Assembly (NCBI RefSeq): GCF_004102945.1 | Contig: NZ_CP019384.1 | Location: 270,001 to 302,000 of the forward strand | Direction of reading: 5' to 3' | Origin: Candidatus Velamenicoccus archaeovorus | GTDB lineage: Bacteria > Omnitrophota > Gorgyraeia > Velamenicoccales > Velamenicoccaceae | DNA: 32,000 nt | Shown here: positions 16,707-26,311 of the stretch, piece by piece | Position numbering within the stretch: position 1 is the first letter of the stretch | How the letters are laid out: the number at the start of each line of letters is the position of its first letter | Translations under genes and position numbers: made by a program | Notes under the pieces: model-generated | The model's input: only the letters and a program-made list of their open reading frames with translations | Told to the model about the DNA's origin: nothing | The model's database searches: none

Positions 16707-16891
16707 GAGATGGGCACGTAGTGCGGCGCATAGTGCTCGACATCAAGGAACGCCCCTCGTCCAAAAGTCGGACTCGGGGTCAATTCACCCCTGGAGTAAA
16801 GATTAAGGCCCCTCGTTTCTGAGATAGGCGCTGAAGGAAGCTCGGGGTCAATTTCGCACAAACTCATTCAGCGGGAAATTGAGAGGAATCC

Positions 16892-18580
16892 ATGAAGCGA
16901 GGGATGAAGGTCTTCAAGGTTTTCTTTATCGTCGCATTATCGTTGGTTGCGGCATGCCCCGTTTTCGCCAAAGACGTCGATTCTCGTATCAGCCAGGTGA
17001 CTGTCTATCCTGATAGTGCGCTCATCACAAGGGTAGGTACGGTCGAGCTGGCCGTCGGCGCTCAAGAGATATCATTTGCCGATATCGTCCCGGACATCGA
17101 TGAGGATTCCCTGAAGGTTTCCGGCAAGGGGACGGCTTCCGTCAAGATCATGGGCGCCCGCGTGAAAAAGGAATTTTTGCAGGAAGCGGCCGGGACGCAC
17201 GTCAAAGAACTTGAACAACAGATCCAGGCTGCGGCAGATGAGCTTAGGAAGATCGGCGACGCCAAAAGTGTCGCGATTTCCAAGAAACAACTGCTGGATG
17301 CGGTTTTAAGTTTTTCCTCGGATCAGTTGCCCGAGGACATGGCGACGAAGATGCCCCAGGCCAAAGAGTTGGGCGATCTCTTGAGTTTCCTGGACGCTTC
17401 TTATAAGGATTATTACGCCGTTCTTCAAGGCCTGGATGTCAAGGAAAGGGATGTCCGTAAACAGCTGGACGTCCTGCAGAGGGAATTGGCCCAGATATCC
17501 CGTTCCCAGAAAATGAAGAGGTCCATCGCCGTCGATGTGGAGGCAACCAGGGCCGGTTCTTTGACGTTGGAAGTAACGTATCTGGTCCGCGGCGCGTCCT
17601 GGTATCCGGTGTATGAGGCGCGCACGCATTTTGATAAATCCCGGGTGGAGCTTGTAGGTTTTGGCGTCGTTCGCCAGAAGACAGGCGAAGACTGGGAGGA
17701 CGTGGAGGTGACGCTTTCCACGGCCAAGCCGACGGTCTCGGGGCACATGCCGGAGCTTTCATCGTGGATCCTGAGGCCTTATCAGCCGCCTCAGTCTGCC
17801 TCCAGACGTAAAGGGATTTTTAGCTCGAAAGCAATGCTTGTTGCTGAAGATCAGGCGATGGATAAAGAGGAGTTGATGGAGGTTGCGGGTGCTTTGGCGC
17901 CGGCAGAGGAAGAGGCCAAGATGGAGTATGCCGCCGTTGAAGAGAAAGGCGTTTCCATCGTTTATAAGATTTCCAAGAAAGCGTCGATCAAGGCGGACGG
18001 TTCCGAAGAGAGGCTGCCGGTCCTGGCGCAGGACCTTGACGCCAAATTCCAGTATTCGGCGTATCCGAAGGCAAGCGCCTTTGCTTACCTGACGGCGCGC
18101 GTCACCAACCAGAAGGATCTGCAGCTCCTGCCCGGCCGCATGAATGTGTTTTTGGAGGGGGATTTTGTGGGGGTTTCTCAGTTGGCGGCGATAGCGCCAG
18201 GCGAGGAGTTTGATCTCTATCTGGGCATTGACGAGAACGTCAAGGTCAAGAAAGAAGAGATCGAGCGCAAGGTCGATGATGTCCTTTTGGGCGGCATTCC
18301 GGCTCCGAACCGCAAGATCATGATCGTCTTCAAGACCACGATCGAGAATTATAAGAACAAGGATATCACGTTTGAGCTGTTCGATTCCGTCCCCGTCTCA
18401 GAAGACGAGCGCATCAAGGTGCGTGTAGAACGCGTCACGCCGGAACCGAAGGAAAAGGATTATAAGGACAAGAAGGGCGTCTGGCGCTGGGAGCTCAAGC
18501 TGGACCCGCGCGCCAAAAAAGAGGTTTCCTACACGACGATCATCGATTATCCGAGAAGCCTGAGAGTGGAAGGGCTTTAA
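16892..18580 (+). CDS. DUF4140/DUF4139-like (mucoidy-inhibitor-A-like) exported protein, probable lipoprotein, function unknown
   Basis: 562 aa. Signal peptide MKVFKVFFIVALSLVAAC with a relaxed lipobox (VAAC). N-terminal ISQVTVYPDSALITRVGTVEL block, central coiled-coil-like segment, and C-terminal beta-rich domain ending ...KKEVSYTTIIDYP. The family assignment is from memory of the DUF4139 architecture. Confidence 0.65.
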   Translation: MKRGMKVFKVFFIVALSLVAACPVFAKDVDSRISQVTVYPDSALITRVGTVELAVGAQEISFADIVPDIDEDSLKVSGKGTASVKIMGARVKKEFLQEAAGTHVKELEQQIQAAADELRKIGDAKSVAISKKQLLDAVLSFSSDQLPEDMATKMPQAKELGDLLSFLDASYKDYYAVLQGLDVKERDVRKQLDVLQRELAQISRSQKMKRSIAVDVEATRAGSLTLEVTYLVRGASWYPVYEARTHFDKSRVELVGFGVVRQKTGEDWEDVEVTLSTAKPTVSGHMPELSSWILRPYQPPQSASRRKGIFSSKAMLVAEDQAMDKEELMEVAGALAPAEEEAKMEYAAVEEKGVSIVYKISKKASIKADGSEERLPVLAQDLDAKFQYSAYPKASAFAYLTARVTNQKDLQLLPGRMNVFLEGDFVGVSQLAAIAPGEEFDLYLGIDENVKVKKEEIERKVDDVLLGGIPAPNRKIMIVFKTTIENYKNKDITFELFDSVPVSEDERIKVRVERVTPEPKEKDYKDKKGVWRWELKLDPRAKKEVSYTTIIDYPRSLRVEGL

Positions 18581-18623
18581 ACGCAGTTGTAGGCGTGAAG
18601 CGTGCCGGCGACGAGAGGAAAAT

Positions 18624-19714
<1,091 letters not shown>

Positions 19715-19766
19715 TTTTTGCGTTTTTAAAAGCGAAAACTCATCCGATGTGAAAGGAGTCGTAAGC

Positions 19767-21080
19767 ATGGACAGCAAGAAGATGGACAGCCTGGTGATGG
19801 ACCTTGTGACGGGGTCTGACGCCAAAACAAAAGAAAATGCGGTCAATGCGATCTGGCAGGCAGCCTACAGCGCAGATGTCTGGCCTGCTTCGATCCATGA
19901 TTTATATAAGGCCAGGGGCGAGGGCAAACAGGGCGGCTACACGGTGCCGGCGATGAACCTGCGCACGTTGACCTACGATATGGCGCGCGCCATTTTCAAG
20001 GAAGCCAAGAAGATCAACGCGGCTGCATTCGTTTTTGAGATCGCCCGTTCCGAGATGGGCTACACCGACCAGAAGCCTCTGGAGTATACGAGCGTGATCC
20101 TGGCCGCGGCGGTGCGTGAGGGATATCAGGGCCCGGTTTTCATTCAGGGCGACCATTTCCAGGTCAACGCCAAGAATTATCAGGCAGACCCTCAGAAGGA
20201 AGTCGAGAGTCTGAAAAAACTGATCAAAGAAGCGATCGAGGCGGGTTTCTATAACATCGATATCGACAGTTCCACCGTTGTGGACTTGAGTAAGGAAGAT
20301 CTCCTGGCCCAGCAGAAACTGAATTCCGAGATCTGCGCGGAACTGACCGCCTATATCCGCGGCATCCAGCCGAAAGGCGTTACCGTTTCCGTCGGCGGCG
20401 AGATCGGCGAGGTGGGAAGCAAGAATTCCACCCCGGAAGATATGCGCGCTTTCATGAAATTGTATCTGGAGAAACTTCCTCGGGGCATGGAGGGGATCTC
20501 CAAGATCAGCGTCCAGACAGGCACGAGCCATGGCGGCACCGTTCTGCCCGACGGAACGATCGCCAAGGTGAAGCTCGATTTTAACGTGTTGAAGAGCATC
20601 TCCGAAGTGTGCAAAAAAGAATTCAAGATGGCCGGTTCTGTCCAGCACGGCGCATCGACCCTGCCCGAAACGGAGTTTCACAAGTTTCCGGAGTTCGACG
20701 CGGCGGAGGTGCACCTGGCGACACAGTTTCAGAACATGGTGTTCGACAGCCCCCATTTTCCCGCAGACCTGAAGAAAAAGATCTACGATTGGCTGAAGGT
20801 CGAGGCCAAGAACGAATTCAAGCCGGGCATGACCGATGAGCAGTTTTTCTATAAATCAAGGAAGAAAGCCCTTGGGCCGTTTAAGAAGGATATCATGTCC
20901 ATCAAGGAGAGGGGCATGATCGCCAAAGAGGTCGAGTCCAAGTTCGCGTTCCTCTTTGACCAGTTGAAGATCAAGGATTCCGCCAGGGCTGTTAAGCAGT
21001 TCATCAAAAAGGTCAAGGTCGAGATGGCCTTTAGCGCCGAGCATCACAAGAAGGCCGAAGCGTTCGAGGGAGATGATTAA
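19767..21080 (+). CDS. fba: Class II fructose-bisphosphate aldolase (long form)
   Basis: GYTVPAMNLRT...FIQGDHFQ...NIDIDSST...GGEIGEVG...QTGTSHGG...VQHGASTLPE are class II aldolase metal and substrate motifs. Start moved from GTG 19749 to ATG 19767, which lies 8 nt after AAGGAG. Confidence 0.88.
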   Translation: MDSKKMDSLVMDLVTGSDAKTKENAVNAIWQAAYSADVWPASIHDLYKARGEGKQGGYTVPAMNLRTLTYDMARAIFKEAKKINAAAFVFEIARSEMGYTDQKPLEYTSVILAAAVREGYQGPVFIQGDHFQVNAKNYQADPQKEVESLKKLIKEAIEAGFYNIDIDSSTVVDLSKEDLLAQQKLNSEICAELTAYIRGIQPKGVTVSVGGEIGEVGSKNSTPEDMRAFMKLYLEKLPRGMEGISKISVQTGTSHGGTVLPDGTIAKVKLDFNVLKSISEVCKKEFKMAGSVQHGASTLPETEFHKFPEFDAAEVHLATQFQNMVFDSPHFPADLKKKIYDWLKVEAKNEFKPGMTDEQFFYKSRKKALGPFKKDIMSIKERGMIAKEVESKFAFLFDQLKIKDSARAVKQFIKKVKVEMAFSAEHHKKAEAFEGDD

Positions 21081-21109
21081 GCGAGACCCGACCTTGTGTC
21101 GGGACGAGC

Positions 21110-21174
21110 TTACCCCCGCCGTTTTGTTTCGTTTATGGTGAGCGTTGCGAACCAAAACGAAACAGCGGGGGTAA
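21110..21174 (+). promoter_or_regulatory. Long hairpin with two mutually exclusive inner pairings in the ilvD leader
   Basis: Outer stem ttacccccgc (21110..21119) / gcgggggtaa (21165..21174). The inner pairing is either cgttttg (21120..21126) with caaaacg (21153..21159), or tgtttcg (21125..21131) with cgaaaca (21158..21164). Confidence 0.4.
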
Positions 21175-21201
21175 ATTGCAGATAAAAAGCGAGGGCAATT
21201 T

Positions 21202-22860
21202 ATGCGATCCGATGCCATCAAAAAAGGTGTTGAACGCGTGCCGCACAGAGCGTTGCTGCATGCCACCGGTGTTTCCCGAAGAGACATGTCCAAACCGTTC
21301 ATCGCGGTGGCGACAAGTTTCAACGACATCATCCCCGGGCATATCGGCATGCGGGACCTGGAGCGTTTTATCGAACGCGGTATTGCCGCCGGCGGCGGCG
21401 TGCCGTTCTTCTTTGGGATCCCCGGCATCTGCGACGGCGTCGCCATGGGGCATCCCGGCATGCGTTATCCTTTGGCGTTGCGCGAACTGATCGCCGACTC
21501 CGTGGAATCTTTTGTCAACGCCCACAGCCTCGACGGATTGGTCTGCCTGACGAATTGTGACAAGATCACACCGGGGATGTTGATGGCGGCGGCGCGTCTG
21601 GACATCCCGACGATCGTCGTGACGGCCGGCCCCATGCTTTCCGGCCGCTACAAGGGCAAGCGTCTTTCTCTGGTGGGCGACGCCTTTGAGGTGGTCGGAA
21701 AATTCAAGCGCGGCGAGATCGGCGAGGCGGACCTGGCCTGTTTTGAGATGGAGTCCTGCCCGGGCGCGGGCGCCTGCCAGGGATTATATACAGCCAATAC
21801 GATGGCCTGTATTACGGAAGCCATGGGCATGTCTCTGCCGGGATGCGCCACAGCCTTGGCTGTTTCCGCCAAGAAACGCCGTATTGCCGAAGAGTCCGGT
21901 GAGGCGATCGTTAGACTGGTCAAGAAGAACGTGACGTCGCGTTCGATCATGACGCGCAAGGCTTTTGAGAATGGTATCCGTATCGATCTGGCGCTGGGCG
22001 GCTCCACAAATACCGTCCTGCACCTATTGGCCATTGCCAGGGAAGCGAATGTGTCTTTAGGCCTAAAAGATTTCGACCGTTTGAGCAAGCAGACGCCCCA
22101 TATCACCGATCTCCTACCGGGCGGCAAACATTTTATGGAAGACCTGGATTACGCAGGAGGTATTCCCGCCGTCATGAAGAGGTTAAAGAGCAAGATCGCG
22201 GTCTGTCCGACGGCGAGCGGCCTTTCGACGCACCAGATCGCCGACCGGGCCGTGGTCAGCGATGAGAATGTCATCCGTTCGATAGACGAAGCGTATCACG
22301 AAGAGGGCGGTATCGCCATCCTGCACGGCAATCTGGCGCCGCGGGGTGCGGTGGTCAAACAGTCCGCCGTCAGCGAGGCGATGAGCGTCTTTACGGGTAA
22401 AGCGAGGGTTTTTGAACGTGAAGAGGACGCCCAGAAGGCGATCCTTTCCGGAGATATCAAGTCCGGCATGGTCGTCGTGATCCGCTACGAAGGGCCCAAA
22501 GGGGGTCCCGGGATGCGCGAGATGCTGGCGCCGACCGCTGCCATTGTAGGGATGGGCCTGGCCGACAGTGTGGCATTGATCACGGACGGCCGGTTCTCGG
22601 GCGGCACGCAAGGCTGCTGCATCGGCCATGTTTCTCCAGAGGCGGTCGAGCGGGGGCCTATTGCGGCCATCAAGAACGGCGATGAGATCCTGATCGATCT
22701 GCCCAGAAGAAAATTAGAGTTGAAAATCTCCGCAAAAGAGTTAAAATCAAGGCTTAAAAAGGTCAAGATCCCTGCTCCGAACGTGACCGGAGGTTACCTG
22801 TTGAGATATTCGCGGATGGTTTCTTCGGCTGATGAAGGAGCTATACTTAAACCTTTTTAG
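21202..22860 (+). CDS. ilvD: Dihydroxy-acid dehydratase
   Basis: [23 protein letters not shown]...[13 protein letters not shown]...[16 protein letters not shown]...[12 protein letters not shown] are canonical IlvD motifs. Confidence 0.96.
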   Translation: MRSDAIKKGVERVPHRALLHATGVSRRDMSKPFIAVATSFNDIIPGHIGMRDLERFIERGIAAGGGVPFFFGIPGICDGVAMGHPGMRYPLALRELIADSVESFVNAHSLDGLVCLTNCDKITPGMLMAAARLDIPTIVVTAGPMLSGRYKGKRLSLVGDAFEVVGKFKRGEIGEADLACFEMESCPGAGACQGLYTANTMACITEAMGMSLPGCATALAVSAKKRRIAEESGEAIVRLVKKNVTSRSIMTRKAFENGIRIDLALGGSTNTVLHLLAIAREANVSLGLKDFDRLSKQTPHITDLLPGGKHFMEDLDYAGGIPAVMKRLKSKIAVCPTASGLSTHQIADRAVVSDENVIRSIDEAYHEEGGIAILHGNLAPRGAVVKQSAVSEAMSVFTGKARVFEREEDAQKAILSGDIKSGMVVVIRYEGPKGGPGMREMLAPTAAIVGMGLADSVALITDGRFSGGTQGCCIGHVSPEAVERGPIAAIKNGDEILIDLPRRKLELKISAKELKSRLKKVKIPAPNVTGGYLLRYSRMVSSADEGAILKPF

Positions 22861-22882
22861 CATAAAGAGATACATTCCATCC

Positions 22883-24559
22883 ATGGCTACAATGAATGGC
22901 GCACAGATATTGATTGAATGCCTCCGACGTGAGGGGGTGGAGGTGATCTTCGGTTATCCCGGCGGTCAGATCCTCCAGACGTTCGATGCCCTCTACGATG
23001 TCAAGGATATCAAGTTTATCCTGACGCGTCACGAGCAGGGGGCGGCCCATGCCGCAGACGGCTACGCGCGCGCGACCGGTAAAGTGGGCGTCTGCATATC
23101 GACCTCTGGCCCGGGGGCCACAAACCTGGTGACGGGCATTGCGAACGCTTTTATGGATTCCATCCCGTTGGTCGCCATCACGGGCCAGGTCCGGACGTAT
23201 TTGATCGGCAACGATGCTTTTCAGGAATCAGACGTGACGGGCATCACGCGGCCGATCACCAAACATAATTTTCTGGTCAAGGATATCAAGGACCTGGCGC
23301 GCACGGTGCGCGAGGCGTTCTATATCGCATCTACGGGCCGGCCGGGACCGGTCGTGATCGATTTTCCCTCGGATGTCCAGAACGCGAAGATGGAATTCGA
23401 GTGGCCGGAATCGGTTTTCTTGAGAAGCTATCAGCCCCGTTTTGAAGGGCATCCGGGTCAGATCAAAAAGGCCGCCAGGATGATTGAAAAGGCCTCGCGC
23501 CCCATCCTCTACATCGGCGGAGGCATCATCTCGTCGAACGCCAGCGAGGAGCTCAAGGTGCTCGCCGAAAAAAATCTGCTGCCGGTGACGACGACGTTCA
23601 TGGGCCTGGGGGCTTTTCCCGGCGCGCACCCCTTGTGCCTGGGGATGCTGGGGATGCACGGGACGGCTTACGCCAACCATGCGATCATGGAATCCGACCT
23701 GATCATTGCGATCGGGGCGCGTTTTGACGACCGCGTGACCGGCCGCATCGACGCCTTCGCGCCGCATGCCAGGATCGTTCATATCGATATCGATCCGACG
23801 TCCATCAGCAAGAATATCCGCGTGGACGTGCCGATCGTCGGCGACGCCAAGGAGATCTTACGCGACCTGATCGGCTATATCCGCAAGAAACCCGACACCG
23901 CCGCGTGGCGGGCGCAGATAGATAAATGGCGCAAGCAATTTCCGTTGGCGTATAAGCAGGACGATGTCTTGAGGCCCCAGTTTGTCATTGAAAAGATCCA
24001 GGAGTTGACGAAGGGGGATGCCATCATTGCGACGGAGGTGGGTCAGAACCAGATGTGGGCATGCCTTTTCTATCAGCACGCCCATCCTCGCACGTGGATT
24101 TCGTCCGGCGGCCTGGGCACGATGGGGTTCGGCCTGCCTGCGGCCATCGGGGCGCAGTTGGGACGGCCGGAGAAGGTCGTTTTCGACATCGCCGGCGACG
24201 GTTCGATCCAGATGAACATCCAGGAACTGGCCACCGCCGTGCAGAACAAGCTGCCCGTCAAGATCGCAATCTTGAACAACGGCTATCTCGGCATGGTGCG
24301 CCAGTGGCAAGAGCTTTTTTATAACAAGCGCTATTCCCATACGCCGATGCAGAACCCCGATTTCGTGAAGCTCGCCGAGGCCTATGGCGCCAAAGGCATG
24401 CGGATCACGAAAAAAGAGGATGTGGTCGCGGCGATCAAGGAAGCCTTGGCGACGCCCAACGTCGTGGTGATGGATTTCGTTATCGAGCCCGAAGAGAACG
24501 TTTTTCCTATGGTGCCGGCAGGCGAGGCCTTGAACAGGATGCTGGGAGGGATGGCGTAG
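22883..24559 (+). CDS. ilvB: Acetolactate synthase, large (catalytic) subunit
   Basis: [28 protein letters not shown]...[17 protein letters not shown]...ThDP motif [15 protein letters not shown]...[14 protein letters not shown]. Start moved from the track ATG at 22832 (inside ilvD) to the ATG at 22883. Confidence 0.93.
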   Translation: MATMNGAQILIECLRREGVEVIFGYPGGQILQTFDALYDVKDIKFILTRHEQGAAHAADGYARATGKVGVCISTSGPGATNLVTGIANAFMDSIPLVAITGQVRTYLIGNDAFQESDVTGITRPITKHNFLVKDIKDLARTVREAFYIASTGRPGPVVIDFPSDVQNAKMEFEWPESVFLRSYQPRFEGHPGQIKKAARMIEKASRPILYIGGGIISSNASEELKVLAEKNLLPVTTTFMGLGAFPGAHPLCLGMLGMHGTAYANHAIMESDLIIAIGARFDDRVTGRIDAFAPHARIVHIDIDPTSISKNIRVDVPIVGDAKEILRDLIGYIRKKPDTAAWRAQIDKWRKQFPLAYKQDDVLRPQFVIEKIQELTKGDAIIATEVGQNQMWACLFYQHAHPRTWISSGGLGTMGFGLPAAIGAQLGRPEKVVFDIAGDGSIQMNIQELATAVQNKLPVKIAILNNGYLGMVRQWQELFYNKRYSHTPMQNPDFVKLAEAYGAKGMRITKKEDVVAAIKEALATPNVVVMDFVIEPEENVFPMVPAGEALNRMLGGMA

Positions 24560-24585
24560 TAAATTTTTGCTTTGCAAAAATTTAC
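24559..24585. repeat. Perfect 12-bp AT-rich palindrome with a TTT loop directly after the ilvB stop
   Basis: gtaaatttttgc-ttt-gcaaaaatttac. The first base is the G of the ilvB TAG. It belongs to a recurring AAATTTTT..CTTTG..AAAAATTT motif (see findings). Confidence 0.7.
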
Positions 24586-24653
24586 AGAGCAATCGAGCAA
24601 TAGAAATTAGAAAATAGACAAAGTTTTCCATTGTTCAAAGCAAGGATCATATC

Positions 24654-25127
24654 GTGAAGCATACAATCTCTGTTTTGGTCGAAAATCGCTTCGGTGTTTT
24701 GGCGAGAGTGGCGGGGTTATTTTCCGCCCGCGGCTACAACATCGATTCGCTGACGGTCTCCGAGACCCAGGACGCGAGCGTTTCGCGCATGACGATCGTC
24801 GTCAATGCCGAAGACGAGAGGATCTTGGAGCAGATCAAAAAGCAGCTTAACAAGCTCATCGACGTCATCACCGTGACGGACTTTACCAAGAAGGCTTACG
24901 TCGAGCGGGAGCTGGCGTTCATCAAGATCCTGATCGATCCCAAGACACTGCCGCAGCTTCGCCGCATCATCAAGCGCGCCAAGGCGGAAGTCCTCGTCAA
25001 GAAAGACGATTACCTTGTCGTGGAGGTGGCGGCGGACGCCGATCACGTCAGGAATCTCATCGGCGAGCTGAAAGCCTTCAAGGTCCTGGAGCTTGTCAGG
25101 TCAGGACGCGTGGCTGTAGCCATATAG
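24654..25127 (+). CDS. ilvN: Acetolactate synthase, small (regulatory) subunit
   Basis: [34 protein letters not shown] is the ACT-domain IlvN/IlvH signature. GTG start after AAGGA. Confidence 0.92.
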   Translation: MKHTISVLVENRFGVLARVAGLFSARGYNIDSLTVSETQDASVSRMTIVVNAEDERILEQIKKQLNKLIDVITVTDFTKKAYVERELAFIKILIDPKTLPQLRRIIKRAKAEVLVKKDDYLVVEVAADADHVRNLIGELKAFKVLELVRSGRVAVAI

Positions 25128-25212
25128 AAAAATAATCGGGAATAACAAGATAGCAGCCGGCTGCGATGAGGAGAGAAGCGCAGCCGGGACATACCAGAAA
25201 GGGGAATGCTTT

Positions 25213-26202
25213 ATGAAAATCTATTACGACAACGATGCGGATCTTTCGTATTTAAAAGGCAAAAAGATCGCGATCATCGGTTATGGGATCCAGGGCCGCG
25301 GCCAGGCACTGTGCCTGCGCGACAGCGGTTTGGATGTCGTGGTTTCCGAGATGGCGGGAACGCCTAATTTTGAGCAGGCCAAGAAGGACGGCTTCAATCC
25401 TGTGAGCGCGGCTGAGGCCGCGGCCCAGGCGGACGTCATCCAGATCCTGACGCAGGACCACGTGCAGGCCAAGGTGTATACCGAGGCCATCAAACCGAAC
25501 CTGAAAAAGGGCAAGGTCCTTGTTTTCTCGCACGGCTTTAACATCCGTTTCAAGCAGATCAAGCCGCCGAAGAATATCGACGTCATCATGATCGCGCCCA
25601 AGGGCCCCGGGGCTCTCGTGCGCCGCATGTATGAAGAGGGCAAGGGCGTTCCATGCCTCGTTGCCGTCCATCAGGATGCTTCCGGCAATGCCTTGAAGAT
25701 CGCCCTCGCTTACGCCAAAGGTATCAAGGGGACGACGGCCGGCGTCATCGAGACGACGTTTGCCGAAGAGACGGAGACCGACCTGTTCGGCGAACAGGCC
25801 GTTCTTTGCGGAGGCGTTTCAGAATTGATCAAGGCGGGTTTTGATACGCTGGTGGAAGCCGGTTACCAGCCGGAGATCGCGTATTTCGAGGTGTTGCACG
25901 AATTGAAGCTGATCACCGACCTGATCCAGGAACGCGGCATTTCCGGGATGAGGCGGGGTGTCTCCAACACGGCCTGCTACGGCGATCTGTCGCGCGGTCC
26001 GCGTATCATCACCCAGAAGACGCGTAAAGAGATGAAGAAGATACTGAAGGAGATCGTCAAAGGCAAATTCGCCAAAGAGTGGATCGGCGAAAACGTTGCC
26101 GGGCGTCCGAATTTTGACCGTCTGCTCAAAGAGGGCGACGAGCACCTGATCGAAAAAGTGGGCAAGCAGCTTAGAGAAATGATGCCCTGGATGAAGAAAT
26201 AA
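25213..26202 (+). CDS. ilvC: Ketol-acid reductoisomerase (class I)
   Basis: [22 protein letters not shown]...FSHGFNI...[11 protein letters not shown] are canonical IlvC motifs. Confidence 0.96.
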   Translation: MKIYYDNDADLSYLKGKKIAIIGYGIQGRGQALCLRDSGLDVVVSEMAGTPNFEQAKKDGFNPVSAAEAAAQADVIQILTQDHVQAKVYTEAIKPNLKKGKVLVFSHGFNIRFKQIKPPKNIDVIMIAPKGPGALVRRMYEEGKGVPCLVAVHQDASGNALKIALAYAKGIKGTTAGVIETTFAEETETDLFGEQAVLCGGVSELIKAGFDTLVEAGYQPEIAYFEVLHELKLITDLIQERGISGMRRGVSNTACYGDLSRGPRIITQKTRKEMKKILKEIVKGKFAKEWIGENVAGRPNFDRLLKEGDEHLIEKVGKQLREMMPWMKK

Positions 26203-26245
26203 AGGTTTGATCCAGATGAGCTATGCACCTGCAGCTCACGGGATA

Positions 26246-26310
26246 AATTCGCCCAGACAACTTATGTTCGTTTGCCGATTGCAGCAAGCTCCATAAGTTG
26301 TGGGCTCATT
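26246..26310. repeat. Palindromic repeat family copy ending 1 nt before the leuA ATG
   Basis: aattcGCCCagaCAACTTATG-ttcgtttgccgattgcagcaagctc-CATAAGTTGtGGGCTCATTt-ATG. Confidence 0.7.
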
Positions 26311-26311
26311 T

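Larger units (their letters stand above)
16411..16890 (+). repeat. Three-unit tandem array (offsets 136 and 160 nt) plus a degenerate tail, beginning in the last 5 codons of ahcY
   Basis: 44-nt heads gagatgggcacgtagtgcggcgcatagtgcccgacatcaaggaa at 16411, 16547 (42/44) and 16707 (43/44). Units 1 and 3 are identical over 74 nt apart from one mismatch (16411..16484 versus 16707..16780). Each head is followed by a different hairpin module. Units 1 and 2 then end in a palindromic family copy. Confidence 0.85.

Noticed and set aside
16425-16806. ORFs 16425..16721 (98 aa) and 16561..16806 (81 aa) in the ahcY downstream array
   Set aside because: They are read straight through tandem repeats and palindromes, are Arg/Ser-rich, and have no SD. 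The WEMGT ending of the first is simply the repeated ahcY tail read in another unit.
16411-16890. CRISPR array hypothesis for the three repeated heads
   Set aside because: There are only three units. The repeats are 44 to 74 nt long. The unequal spacers (92 and 116 nt) are themselves hairpins or copies of another repeat family. The first repeat is part of a coding sequence. No cas genes or leader are present.
21135-21185. Leader peptide for ilv attenuation ([16 protein letters not shown])
   Set aside because: It has only three Val and no Ile or Leu run, no SD, and no terminator U-tract after the hairpin. This is insufficient for a classical attenuator call.
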